A program made the position numbers and the translations under genes. DNA of 46,810 nt, taken from NCBI RefSeq assembly GCF_001194135.2, contig NC_068981.1, positions 74,040,770 to 74,087,579 on the forward strand. Direction: 5' to 3'. Origin of the DNA: Octopus bimaculoides (taxonomy: Eukaryota). Shown one piece after another: positions 22,880 to 35,735 of the stretch. Below the pieces are notes generated by a model. The model was not told the DNA's origin, searched no databases, and saw only the letters and a list, made by a program, of their open reading frames with translations. The stretch's first letter is position 1; the number at the start of each line of letters is the position of its first letter.

Positions 22880-23082
22880 GTATCCCATGTGAATCGTTGC
22901 CGATTTTCTCCCTCCACCTTCCTTTCTATTGGACTTCCCTCTGTTTCTGAAGAAGAGCGTTGCTCGAAACGTTAAACCATCTTTCTTTCCTTCCCTTAGC
23001 GTCTGCTAATACTTTACATGTACCACATACTCACGTTGTTGTTTCTTTTCGTGCTTCTTCTTTTTGGGGATTTATTATATAT
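22880..23082 (+). mobile_element. Probable Penelope-like element terminal fragment
   Basis: Contains CTGAAGAAGAGCGTTGCTCGAAACGTT in pyrimidine-rich context and ends in (TA)n at the gap. Confidence 0.55.
22943..22977 (+). ncRNA. Minimal type I hammerhead ribozyme-like motif
   Basis: Stem I GTTT/AAAC, core CTGAAGA plus one extra A, stem II GAGC-gtt-GCTC, GAAA, palindromic AACGTT stem III. Confidence 0.6.
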
Positions 23083-24800
23083 ANNNNNNNNNNNNNNNNN
23101 NNNNNNNNNNNNNNNNNNNNNNNNNNNNNNNNNNNNNNNNNNNNNNNNNNNNNNNNNNNNNNNNNNNNNNNNNNNNNNNNNNNNNNNNNNNNNNNNNNNN
23201 NNNNNNNNNNNNNNNNNNNNNNNNNNNNNNNNNNNNNNNNNNNNNNNNNNNNNNNNNNNNNNNNNNNNNNNNNNNNNNNNNNNNNNNNNNNNNNNNNNNN
23301 NNNNNNNNNNNNNNNNNNNNNNNNNNNNNNNNNNNNNNNNNNNNNNNNNNNNNNNNNNNNNNNNNNNNNNNNNNNNNNNNNNNNNNNNNNNNNNNNNNNN
23401 NNNNNNNNNNNNNNNNNNNNNNNNNNNNNNNNNNNNNNNNNNNNNNNNNNNNNNNNNNNNNNNNNNNNNNNNNNNNNNNNNNNNNNNNNNNNNNNNNNNN
23501 NNNNNNNNNNNNNNNNNNNNNNNNNNNNNNNNNNNNNNNNNNNNNNNNNNNNNNNNNNNNNNNNNNNNNNNNNNNNNNNNNNNNNNNNNNNNNNNNNNNN
23601 NNNNNNNNNNNNNNNNNNNNNNNNNNNNNNNNNNNNNNNNNNNNNNNNNNNNNNNNNNNNNNNNNNNNNNNNNNNNNNNNNNNNNNNNNNNNNNNNNNNN
23701 NNNNNNNNNNNNNNNNNNNNNNNNNNNNNNNNNNNNTATATATATATAATGGCGACACAAAGTAAATATATCAAATATCTTAGAGCTGTTTGCAAACAGT
23801 CAGGGCTCAGACAAACTGACATATATACACATATATACGCGCAATCCTACAAGCATTTGCACACACACACACACACACACGCGCGCAGACACATGCGACA
23901 AGCCAGTCAGCCAGATTAGGGTGGGAACTTCTTGTAGGCTTAATGTCTGGCAGAGAGAAATACTATTTCGTTACACAACAAACAGAATTGGATTTCAAAA
24001 TGCTTTTCAGGATGACCACGGTTGACACGCGAAAATATTCTTTGCATTTATTTTTATTGCTACAATTTTAACTTGGTTATTTTTTTCCATTGTCTGTCTA
24101 ACTGTCTGTCTATATGTTATAATCTTTGGTTTTTTTTTAAAAATTTCTTTCTAAAATAAAAATAAAAAAAGATACGTCTGTCTCCATCCCAGGAATAAGA
24201 CCTTTCGTTGGAATTTAAGCAACATCAGTTTTATAGTTATATGTATGTATGCATGTATGTATGTATGTATGTATGTATGTTTGTACGTATGTATGTGTGT
24301 GTGTGTGTATGTATGTATGCATGCATGTATGTATGCCTCTATATGTATATATATATATGCATATATATATGTACGTATGTAAGTGTATATGTTTTGATGC
24401 CTCTATGTATGTATCTTTTTAATTGTAATTATTTAATTTTTCTTCCATATGGTTTGTGACAAAAGGAAACAAAACTCCGCTGGTATTCGGATAAAAAAAA
24501 AACCGATAATGTTATATGTTGAACTTTCGAAAATTTTTACTATATGTATATACGTAAGCATGTTCATATATATATATATATATATATANNNNNNNNNNNN
24601 NNNNNNNNNNNNNNNNNNNNNNNNNNNNNNNNNNNNNNNNNNNNNNNNNNNNNNNNNNNNNNNNNNNNNNNNNNNNNNNNNNNNNNNNNNNNNNNNNNNN
24701 NNNNNNNNNNNNNNNNNNNNNNNNNNNNNNNNNNNNNNNNNNNNNNNNNNNNNNNNNNNNNNNNNNNNNNNNNNNNNNNNNNNNNNNNNNNNNNNNNNNN

Positions 24801-24835
<35 letters not shown>

Positions 24836-24840
24836 GAGGG

Positions 24841-24936
<96 letters not shown>

Positions 24937-25192
24937 TGTATATGTAGGCATGTATGTAGGCATGTGATTGCGTATGTGAATATTATTTGAAGTGTACGTG
25001 TATGTAGATATAAACATACTTGTATGTCTGTATGTGTCTACGTGTACATACTAAAACCTAAAGTTCTGGAATGCTTTACATATTTTCACAATTCTATTAA
25101 TGGATTCTAATTGTTATCTCCTAATTAGTAATATCCTTTCTGGTTACATATTTATGACCTGTCTCCCTCTCTATAATTCAATTTTTTGTCTT

Positions 25193-25243
<51 letters not shown>

Positions 25244-25810
25244 TTACCATCGTATGTCTTCACTCTAGTTTCTGTCTCTGACAATCTTTGTTTTCTTGTG
25301 GGTCATTGTTAGGATCTGTTATTTTTGTCTCTCAATATATTTAACTATCAGTTTGTCCTTCTGTCGACGTTTCATCTGTAACTCCCGTTTTTTAGAGTCC
25401 CGTGGTTGTCTGCTGACAACTTTTCCCGTCATATAATGGTAAAATACCCAATCTTTCTGCTGTTTTCACGCCTATATTCCGTTCGACATATTACTTCTTT
25501 GTATGATATATTTCTTCTTATCTTACCGTTTATCCCCTTTCACTCGCTCTTCAAATATCTGCCAGCCTCGCTCTCTTTGATCTACATAGACATATTATAC
25601 CTTTTTGGAATCAGGATGTCCCCAGGATTGAAAGTCTATCCTTCATTTGTTTCTTGAATATCCAGCATCAGAATCTGATTTAAAGGCATTTGAGTTATTA
25701 TTTCTAGCAGGTAAAGCGACCGTGAGAGGTTTGAAAGTCATAGTATTACTGAGATAGGTGAACAAGAGTTACCTCCCTTAACTTAAGGTTTTACTAAGGA
25801 ATTTAGTGGT

Positions 25811-26019
25811 TATTTAATCTTTTTCAGTCATCAGACTGCAGCCACGCTAGGGTGCCGCCCTGAAGAACCTTAATCGAGCATATCGATACCCATTCTTTCT
25901 TTTTTATACCTCATACTTGTTTTATGGGCCACTTTTACTGAACCGCTAAGTTACGTGAATGCAAACACACCAACACCAGTTATCAAGCGGTGGTGGGGGA
26001 TAAACACAGAAACAAAGGC

Positions 26020-26020
<1 letters not shown>
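25811..26020 (-). mobile_element. Diverged SINE family A 3' half
   Basis: CAGTCATCAGACTGCAGCCACGCT...GAACCGCTAAGTTACG matches the A-family 3' region with many substitutions. Confidence 0.7.
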
Positions 26021-26071
<51 letters not shown>

Positions 26072-26082
26072 CTATAATAATA

Positions 26083-26682
26083 ACTACTGGGCTTCTTAAC
26101 TCTTTGGATCCTCCTGAAATGCCTTCTCACAAACTGGCATTGAAGAAAGGAGTTCCGATCATGCTTCTGAGAAAATTTGGATCCCCCCAAAACTGTGCAA
26201 TGGAACAAGACTGATTGTCAGGCAAGTGCATCCACATATTTTGGAAGCAATAATCCTCAGTGAACAAGGAAAAGGAGAAAATGTGTTTATTCCAAGAATT
26301 CCACTGATTCCAGTAGACATACCTTATAAATTCAAGAGACTTCAATTTCCAGTAAGAGTTAGTTTTACAATGTCAATTATGAAGAGTCAAGGACAATCAC
26401 TGAAAATTGTTGGACTTCACCTCATGAAGCAGTGCTTTTCCCATGGTCAGTCCTATATTGGTTGTTCTAGAGTTGGAAATGGCCACAATATCTTCATAAC
26501 CACACCAAATGGTAAAACTGTGATCTCCTGATGTCACAATGATGTAAATGTGATATAAATCTGAGATGGTAGGATACCAATTAATGCTTATTATTTCTCT
26601 TCTTAGTTTTGGACCGCAGGCTCAATTAGCCCTCCGCAGGAGCTAGGTTAAAAGCCCACAATGAGTGCGGCTTTTAAGCTAA
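26083..26682 (+). mobile_element. Helitron 3' fragment (PIF1-like helicase C-terminus plus terminal hairpin)
   Basis: LNSLDPPEMPSHKLALKKGVPIMLLR, LCNGTRL (frameshifted), FKRLQFPVRVSFTMSIMKSQGQSL, FSHGQSYIGCSRV. 9 bp stem TTAAAAGCC/GGCTTTTAA (26648-26677), then CTAA|T matching the CTRR end. Confidence 0.9.
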
Positions 26683-27312
26683 TATTAAATATGACAGTTT
26701 GGCTATGAAATACAAAATATGTATATATGTATAACACCTTTCTTTCCACCCCTTTGATTTTCTCTGTTGTTTGTATTCTGTGTAAGTTGAATCTATTAAT
26801 CTAGATATCTATACATTTATACTTAAATATTCATCGTTTGAAAGTCTCCACTTTTTGCTTTCTCTCGTTTCGCATCTATACATATATACATATTTTGTAT
26901 TTCATGCTCAAACTGCTATGTTTAATATATCTAATTTGTTTATCCGCATAATTACCTCTATATCTGCTCAACTTGATCCCTCTTATATAGCCATTCTTTA
27001 CCCCCTGGAATTGATCTCCTGTAAAGACATCGGAGTCGAGGCTTGAATCATTTGAGCACTACAAAGTGCCTTCTATACTGAGAATCTCTGGTTCTCNNNN
27101 NNNNNNNNNNNNNNNNNNNNNNNNNNNNNNNNNNNNNNNNNNNNNNNNNNNNNNNNNNNNNNNNNNNNNNNNNNNNNNNNNNNNNNNNNNNNNNNNNNNN
27201 NNNNNNNNNNNNNNNNNNNNNNNNNNNNNNNNNNNNNNNNNNNNNNNNNNNNNNNNNNNNNNNNNNNNNNNNNNNNNNNNNNNNNNNNNNNNNNNNNNNN
27301 NNNNNNNNNTGC

Positions 27313-27352
<40 letters not shown>

Positions 27353-28704
27353 GTAAATATGTGTGTACACACAGATAGACACACACACACGCACATATGT
27401 ATACATATGAACGTATGTATATGCTGTACATATATATGTATACATACTTCTGTTTGTGTATGCACTTGTTTTTGTGTTTACACTGATTTTTTAAAGAAAA
27501 GAGCGGTGTTGTGTTCTTTGTTGTCATGTTATCTAGAAGTTTGAGGAACCTATAAATTAAATACGTGACCCAAATTTATACTGGCTTCGATATTATCGAC
27601 CAAAACCTTGTATAAAGTCATCCAGAATGGTCATAGGCCATATATTGAAACCAGTAAAAGAGTAACTTCAGGTTTAATAAAGTGATTACACATTGAGAGA
27701 AAATCGCATGAGTTTATTCAATTTCACGCTGAATGATAATAATAGTGTTACATGAACTCACAAAGACTCCAAAGAACTTGTTTAATGTAGTGTATCAGAG
27801 AAGTATACACAAAAGCGGAATAGCTACAATGTGTTATGTAATTCTAGTTTGAAACAATAGAACATTAACATTCGCAACAAATACTTGGTGAAACAACATA
27901 TGGTTTCACAGAGAATGGACAAAATTAAATCTGGGTTAGTCTATTATGCTTGGTTGTTTGACTTTTAAATTATCTATAAACTAAGAGAGTTTCGTGAAAA
28001 TGTTAATTCAAAAGTTTGATTAAAAATCTAAATTGTAATAACGTGGTTCATGAATTTTAGCTGAGCTTTAAGATCACAATTTAAAACACGAACTCAATAG
28101 AATTTCCAGGTTTTTCTATCAAATTTGATTATTAAACTTTTTGGTTTATTTTGTTATTTACATATCTTAAGATTTAATTTTGATTTCAAATTTTTCAGTT
28201 CATTCATACCCAGCGCATAAGGTGTAGTACCTTGCTTAAATAAAGAAGTAAGACCAACTAAATAAGTAAAAGAGTTCACCAGTATTGCAGGCAAAGCCGA
28301 GTTTTTTTTTCCAATTTGCACAGTAGATATACAAGTAGATTAAATGACTTGTTAAAATATTTGACTGGGTTTAAATGAATTTTTATCAATTATAATCCAC
28401 TATGATGAAATGTATATTATGCTTCAATTTTGTCAAATGTTTTTGACGGCTCTGTTAAAAACTTACGAACGCAGTACTTGTGGAATTTAACGTAGAAGGA
28501 TAATAAAATGACCCCCAAAACATATTTGATACCTTCTGCAGTATAAGAGTATCTGAGCATTGCCAATGTATGGGACAATCAAATACAACCCACCGATTAT
28601 ATGGATGTGCAGTGAACCTTTTCTGATAAAAGTGAACTGCATTTGTGACCTGCTAGCCGTACGAACTTTCATTTTGACAATTCAATAAAGTAATTTAAAT
28701 GTAT

Positions 28705-29110
28705 AGGTGCGGGAGTGGCTGTGTGGTAAGTAGCTTGCTTACCAACCACATGGTTCCGGGTTCAGTCCCACTGCGTGGCGCATTGGGCAAGTGTCTTCTA
28801 CTATAGCCTCGGGTCGACCAAAGCCTTGTGAGTGGATTTGGTTGACGGAAACTGAAAGAAGCCCGTCGTATATATGTATATATATGTGTATGTATGTGTA
28901 TGTTTGTATGTCTGTGTCCCCCCAACATCGCTTGACAACCGATGCAGGTGTCTTTACGTCCCTGTAACTTAGCGTTTCGGCAAAAGATTCGATAGAATAA
29001 GTACTAGGCTTCCAAAGAATAAGTCCTGGGGTCGATTTGCTCGACTAAAAGGCGGTGCTCCAGCATGGCCGCAGTCAAATGGCTGAAACAAGTAAAAGAG
29101 TAAAAGAGTA
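28705..29110 (+). mobile_element. SINE family A, full length
   Basis: Reverse complement of the 6481-6886 copy; ends AAGTAAAAGAGTAAAAGAGTA. Confidence 0.92.
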
Positions 29111-29699
29111 CCGTTTACAAAAAGTCGTTTTAATTTTTTTTTTATTTTCGAAAGAAAAATGTAAGCGAATTTTGAAGTTCATGACAAACTCCACATTCTA
29201 ACAAAAAAAAGAGACTACAAATGGTCGCTCGGCCTGCTAGGAATCGCAACCAAACCTTTCTCAAATCATACGCTATTCTTTGTAAATAAAGGAAACATTA
29301 CACATTGCAATCCTAGATATAGTACATCAGAAAAGATGGAATTCCCACTACTGGTGTGCATTCGATCATAAGTCAGCACGATCAAGGCAAACCTGGGAAT
29401 AAAAAACAGCTAACAACTCTAGAAACACCGGTCCCGAGAATTAGTCATTATCATCCCAGAGTGAATGTTCTACGATAGAATCTACTAATTATACTTAGCT
29501 ATGATAACATAACCAGCCTTAAAAAAGTAAACCAAAACAGGCATTTCTTTATTACTCGTCTGTTTATAAAAGCAATGAATTTATTTTGACAATGATAAAT
29601 GTGGACTAGTTAACCCGCACTGAAAGCTTGGGAAAATATAACATATCTACAATTACATATACATTTACACACATACATGCATGCATATGCATGCGTGTG

Positions 29700-29750
<51 letters not shown>

Positions 29751-30238
29751 GTATGTATGTTTGTGAGTGTGTGTGTACATATGTATGTATGTATGTATGT
29801 ATGTGTATGTGCACTGACAAGCAAAAAGTAATTATACAAACACACCACAGAGATAGTTCACATGTTTATACATGCTCAGACGTACATAAATATGCATTTG
29901 CGGCTGCATATGCGCGAAGTATTTTATAAATGTATGTTTTTGTGTGTATGAAAGTATATGTGTGTGTATATGTGTATGTACGTATGTGTTTATACACACA
30001 CACATATATATAGTTGAAAAAAGACTAGATCTATACAAATCAAATTTTTATATATAAAAAATGTAGGTGGAAATAGTACAGAAGTAAATCTATGACACTT
30101 CAATTTAAGAAGGAATTTAATAAAATGATTTTTAAAATTATATAAAGGAAATATTACTGGTTTCGATGATGAATCTCATCTTATCGAATATCAGTAGAAA
30201 TTTATAAAAATTTGAAGTACAAACAATTTATCTTGTGT

Positions 30239-31082
30239 CTAGGGGTCATCCGGACTGTTGCCATGGTAATAAAGCTGAAGCACACAGAGTAAAGCCGCAT
30301 TGCAAAAATTGACCTTGAACTCTGCTGTGCATGCACACTAAGTTTTAACGTTCTAGCTTACTTCCGCTGTTTACAGCAGTGCCTAGTAGGAAGGTGTGTA
30401 GTGTGTGATCGTCGCATTGATCATGACAGAGAAATTTGTCATGGCAATACCTGCTCAGAGGCTAATATAACGTTGCAGAAAGTGTATGGAGAGGAGTGTA
30501 TAAGCCGCACACAAATGTACGAGAGTTTCAGACGTTTCCAAGATATTGACGAACGTTCTGTGAGACCCGCAACCAGCAGAACTGAGAAAAACATTATACA
30601 TGTGCGTGAGCTGTGAGGAGAAGTCGTCGAATCACCGTCTATGAGTTATCAGAGGATGTACAGGTTAATGACGATTCAGTTCAGTCCGTTATCATTGAAG
30701 ATTTGGATATGAGATGGGGGTCGTTCAAGCTTGTGCCAAAAGTGCTTTCAATTGACCAAGAACACGCTCGGGTTTCAGTTGCACAAGATTTCCTTGAATG
30801 TGTCGAGAACGATGAAAACCTTTTGAAAACTTTGCGTAGGGCTCTGAGCAGGTATCGCCAAGATTTTGGCAAAATTTGGTGTAGATTCTCTGCTCAACTT
30901 TCTCTGTCACGGTCAATGCGACGATCACATCCTACGCACCTTCCTTCCAAGTATTGCTGGAACGTTAAAGCAATGCGCGTGCACAGCGGAGTTAGAAGTT
31001 AATCTGTGGCAAGCGGCTTCACTTTGCGTGCTTTAGCTTCGTTACTATGGCAACAGTCCGGATACTTTTTGATCAAACCACG
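30239..31082 (+). mobile_element. Fold-back mariner derivative with ~220-250 bp inverted arms
   Basis: 30245-30460 is the reverse complement of 30827-31082. The central transposase fragment has the same junction as 9685-10284. Confidence 0.88.
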
Positions 31083-31107
31083 TGTATATATATATGTATT
31101 TATGTGT

Positions 31108-31153
<46 letters not shown>

Positions 31154-32052
31154 TCATATATACATGCATACATACATATATATATGCATATATGTAATAG
31201 CTTTATGTCTCTATTGAAACGCATGCACATACGCAAACGCAAATAGAAGTATTCAGTTATGCACATATCTATAAGAATTACACATTTTTCAGATGCATAT
31301 TCATATGCATTTTTTATTTTAAAAAATTAGCACCTTTATTTGCATAGGTGCACAATTTTCCCCATGTTTTTATGTTGTATGATCTCACATATAGGGATAC
31401 ATGTGTGCAGAGGCAATTATGCGGATAAACAAATTAGAGATATTAAATATAACAGTTTGGGTATGAAATACAAAACATGTTTATATGCATAAATGCAAAA
31501 GTGGAAACTTTCAAGCAAGTGTCTCCTACCATAGCCTCGGGCCGACACGGAGATAGTAATGTAGTATAAGCAATTTTTACATTGCTGGAGAAAGGCATAG
31601 TCGATTGTTTGCCATTGACTGTGGAGGATTGAAAAGTAAAGACAATTAAGAACAGACAAGGTCAAAATGTAAAATTTTTAGATTGTTATGACAAAGAAGT
31701 AAAAGAAATGAATTGGATTTGACATGCAAATGTTAGTTTTTATCGATTCTTGGAAGTAAAAGTGATAAGAACATTATCAATTTTTAAAAAATATCTTATA
31801 TCTGTTGCGGTCTCACGTAGAAGCCCTTTAGTTTCGTCGTTGTTACGTGTACTATTTTAGCCAATCAGACATGTTAGACACAGACTAATAGGATGTGAGC
31901 CATAGTAGAATTAGTTCAATAAAAATTCTCGTTAATTTCATATGCGCTGCTGTTAATGGTATTATTGTAGCCAAATATTATTCGATCAGAAACAGAATAA
32001 TGTAGGGTCTAGTTTTGACTATGTTTAGCAAATGAAAATTTGTTCAGTCTTA

Positions 32053-32265
32053 CGAAGGGGTGCTGAAAAGTTCCTGGCTTTAAGGGTATCGCGAAAGGCC
32101 TTGCTGGAGGCCCAATCTTCTGAGTTTACAGGGTTTAGGAAAATTGAAAGGACCGCTCCAATAAGTGTGTGAATCTGAGAGGGGAATAAGTTGAATAAAA
32201 TCATAATTAACTGATCTTCCTGTACTTTCTTTTGCCCAAAACCAGGAACGTTTCAGTACCTCTCG
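32053..32265 (+). mobile_element. Mariner-derived MITE, copy 2
   Basis: TA-flanked TIRs; homologous to 4284-4466. Confidence 0.82.
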
Positions 32266-32742
32266 TACATTTCTTGTCTCATTCGCTTGACATCAGTAGA
32301 ATCTCTTTTATCGATAGTTATGACCTAATAACTTATTCTCTCTCTCCCTCTCTCGTTTCAGTCTGAACACAATAGAATTGCTTAGTTTAAATTGTGAGTG
32401 ATGTTAAAAAAATGAACAAGAAAAAATTTTCCCGGCAGAATAACTCGTACTAGTTTTAAAATATGCAAGTTATTTACATTTATTCTCTGCTGCTATCAAT
32501 TATCTACCGATAAATATTTTGACGTTACCAACACAAATATAACATGTTTGAGCCTTTTCCACACATTATTCAGTTGACTTTACAAACACATTCATGTAAA
32601 CTTGATTGATGTTGTAAAAGATCTGTTATATCTCACTATAGTATTTTCAGTTTTATATTCTGCATTTAAATTTTGTCTACTTGAACTTGTATTCACAAAT
32701 CATCTGCTGTGCATTTGTGATGGCATTATTTTCCACCAACAG

Positions 32743-32922
32743 AAGGCAGCGAGCTGGCAGAATCGTTAGAACGCCGGGCGAAATACTTAGTAATATTTCG
32801 TCTGTCACTATGTTCTGAGTTCAAATTCCGCCGAGGTCTACTTTGCCTTTCATCCTTTCGGTGTCGATTAAATTAAGTACCAGTACCTCCCCACAAAAAT
32901 GTTAAGCCTAGAAAAGAATATT
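32743..32922 (+). mobile_element. SINE family B with internal 3' deletion
   Basis: Intact head and central block, shortened tail ending AGAAAAGAATATT. Confidence 0.88.
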
Positions 32923-33240
32923 GTGACACTTACAGAATATAGAAAGCAATGTAACACCAATGACTATATAATCCAACCAAAATATCTGTTACACAAACGT
33001 AAACGGTATTACTATTTAACCTTAAAATACATCGTACATATTCAAAGAACCTTCTTGGTTTAGTGGTATGGAACGTTTTTTCTGGTATTCTTTTCTTCTT
33101 TTCTTGTTTCAGTCATTTATATATATNNNNNNNNNNNNNNNNNNNNNNNNNNNNNNNNNNNNNNNNNNNNNNNNNNNNNNNNNNNNNNNNNNNNNNNNNN
33201 NNNNNNNNNNNNNNNNNNNNNNNNNNNNNNNNNTATATAT

Positions 33241-34605
33241 ATAAGATACAAAAATGGGACAAGAACACAAAACATCCAGACAGTTATGTGATACAAAAAA
33301 GAGACAACAAAACATCCAGACAGATGATACCAAGAAAACAAGGACGGGTCATTCGGAGTTTTCTATCCTCAGTCGAGTTCCAGATTATCTTTGCAATTTC
33401 AGCTGGTTATACTCGAAATCGCTCCAATCTGGCCACCCCCAAGGAAAAACTAAGCTAAGAGCATTAAATTCCTTGAAAGAAAGCAGCGTATGTATACGAA
33501 AACAAAACGGAGAATGTTACACAAATACAAATACAATTAACAGGACATAACAACAGGTGTCTTTCGCCTAAGGACGAATTAAATTAAGCTGGCGTGTGTG
33601 GAAGTAAAGCCTTACGGCAGGAATATAAGATTTGACAGGCACGGAGGAATATAGATGTTGCACGGATCGCAGTCGAACCAAGAAAGAAAGGTCAGGCTTG
33701 GCCGAAAACCGCTCACGTGGGGAGAGAAGAGAGAGGGGTAGAGGCAGAGAGATAGAAGAATTAAGGAGGGGTGAGAAAAAATGAAAGGGACACATTGAAG
33801 TGAAAGAGGAGGGAAAGTGAGCATGAAGGAAAGGCCAGGAAATGTGAGAGAGCGGGAACGAAAGAACAAAGAGTGGAATGAACGAAGTAAGCATGAAAGG
33901 GTCGATAGAAAGAAGGAAAGAATGAAAGAATAGAAAGAATAATAGAGTCGTACACAATTTAGATATATATATATATATACTTACATATAAGAGACCAAAG
34001 TGTACGTACGCCGCTATATTTTTTTATATATAAAAGATACAAAAATGGGACAAAAACGCAAAACATCCAGACAGTTGCTGAGACCCCCTTCGGTCATGAC
34101 TGACCATGAGATTGCACCTAGAAAGTTACCCTCCGGGCAAGGTTGTTTATGGAAGACCAGCAGTCGCCCATGCATACCGGCCTCCNNNNNNNNNNGAAGA
34201 CCAGCAGTCGCCCATGCATACCGGCCTCCCCCTCTCCACGCCACCAGTGTTATCCAAGGGAAAGGCAAAGGCCGATACAGCTTGGCACCTGTGACGTCAC
34301 AACTCAATTCTACGGCTGAGTGAACTGAAGCATCGTGAAATTAAGTGTCTTGCTCAAGAATACAACACGCAGCCCGGTCCAGGAATCGAACTCACAACCT
34401 CACGATCGTAAGCTCGGCTCTCTAACCACTGAGCCATGCGACAGTTAGGTGATACAAAAAAGGGACAACAAAACATCCAGGCAGACGATACAAAGAAAAT
34501 AAGGACGGGTCATTCGGAGTTTTGTAATCTCAGTCGAGTTCCAGATCATCTTTGCAATTTCGGCTGGTTATACTCGGGATTGCTCCAATCTGGCCAGCCC
34601 CAAAG
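33241..34605 (-). mobile_element. Unclassified element: ~200 bp direct repeats around a purine/pyrimidine-skewed body
   Basis: 33241-33443 is repeated at 34034-34076 plus 34447-34605 (second copy split by SINE C). Confidence 0.7.
34077..34439 (-). mobile_element. SINE family C, near full length, 7 bp TSD
   Basis: tRNA-like head, CORE-like block and GC-rich 3' region. GACAGTT at 34070-34076 and 34440-34446. Confidence 0.88.
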
Positions 34606-35338
34606 AAGATTTAGAAGAAAGCTTTCTATCAAAAATAAGGAGTGTCATTATCTTAATCTTATTACAGTTACATCTAAATATTTGATTGACTCCTGTAATT
34701 GTCTGTTCGCTATGTTTCACATATTTTGCGATGCATGTGTAGCTTTTCTTCTTCTTCAGTGCCTTATATAAAAACTATCTCTAACAGAAGTGGTTCATAT
34801 ATATTGTTATTCGTGGTACTTTTACATTTCACATGGAATTATATTCCTAAGCGGTTACAAGGTCATAACCTGTTGATGTTTAGAACGTCTCCAATGAGCA
34901 ATTTGACTTGTGAAACAATAAAAAATAGTTTGCATCTTAAAGTAATTTGTAGCATGCCAAAACAACTGTTTGGCCGACCAAAAGAATGTCGTCAGCAAAG
35001 TGTTTAGCAATACACATACGAAAAATAAGAAAATCTTGCTGGGAAGAAACAGTAGATGTCTGAATGTGGCAGATTTCTGAAAAAAAGTTCAATATTCTAA
35101 GTTTGTGGTGTCAAAAGAAGACAGCTCATTATAAACAAAATATATATCACAAAATATAACATGAAATATACAGAAGGAAAATGGAAGAAGACTTTTTAAC
35201 AAGTAAACACGAAGTGATGAGAGTATAGTTGTGAAAGTATCTCGGCGACTTTGGTGATGAGAGAATATCATATCAGATGTTTAGGGCCAATAGTTCTAGA
35301 ATCCATTAATCGATTTAAATCACATGTTGTACTTGACA

Positions 35339-35735
35339 GTTTGTTTGTTTGTTTGTTGGCACTCCGTCGCTTACGACGTCGAGGGTTCCAGTTGATCCGA
35401 GCAACGGAACAGCCTGCTCGTGAAATTAACGTGCAAGTGGCTGAGCACTCCACAGACACATTTACACTTAACGTAGTTCTCGGGGATATTCAGCGTGACA
35501 CAGTGTGACAAGGCTGACCCTTTGAATTACTGGCACAACAGGAACAGGAAGTAAGAGTGAGAAAAAGTTGTGGTGAAAGAGTACAGTAGGGTTCGCCACC
35601 ATCCCCTGCCGGAGCCTCGTGGAGCTTTAGGTGTTTTCGCTCAATAAACACTCACAACGCCTGGTCTAGGAATCGAAACCGCGATCCTATGACCGCGAGT
35701 CCGCTGCCCTAACCACTAGGCCATTGCGCCTCCAC
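35339..35735 (-). mobile_element. SINE family D (tRNA-Arg-like head, (CAAA)n tail)
   Basis: Head GGCGCAATGGCCTAGTGGTTAGGGCAGCGGACTCGCGG...GGTTTCGATTCC, unique ~300 bp body, tail CAAACAAACAAAC. Possible TSD TGACAGT (35334-35340, 35738-35744). Confidence 0.85.

Noticed and set aside
28487-28672. VPYIG motif suggesting a cytochrome b NUMT
   Set aside because: No other cytochrome b residues align.
33345-33385. Minus-strand CTGAGGA...CGAAT hammerhead-like motif in the direct repeat
   Set aside because: GAAA is not intact, stem II is weak, and the second copy lacks the core.
34152-34229. 34 bp perfect direct repeat inside SINE C
   Set aside because: The copies flank a 10-N gap, the signature of an unmerged contig overlap.
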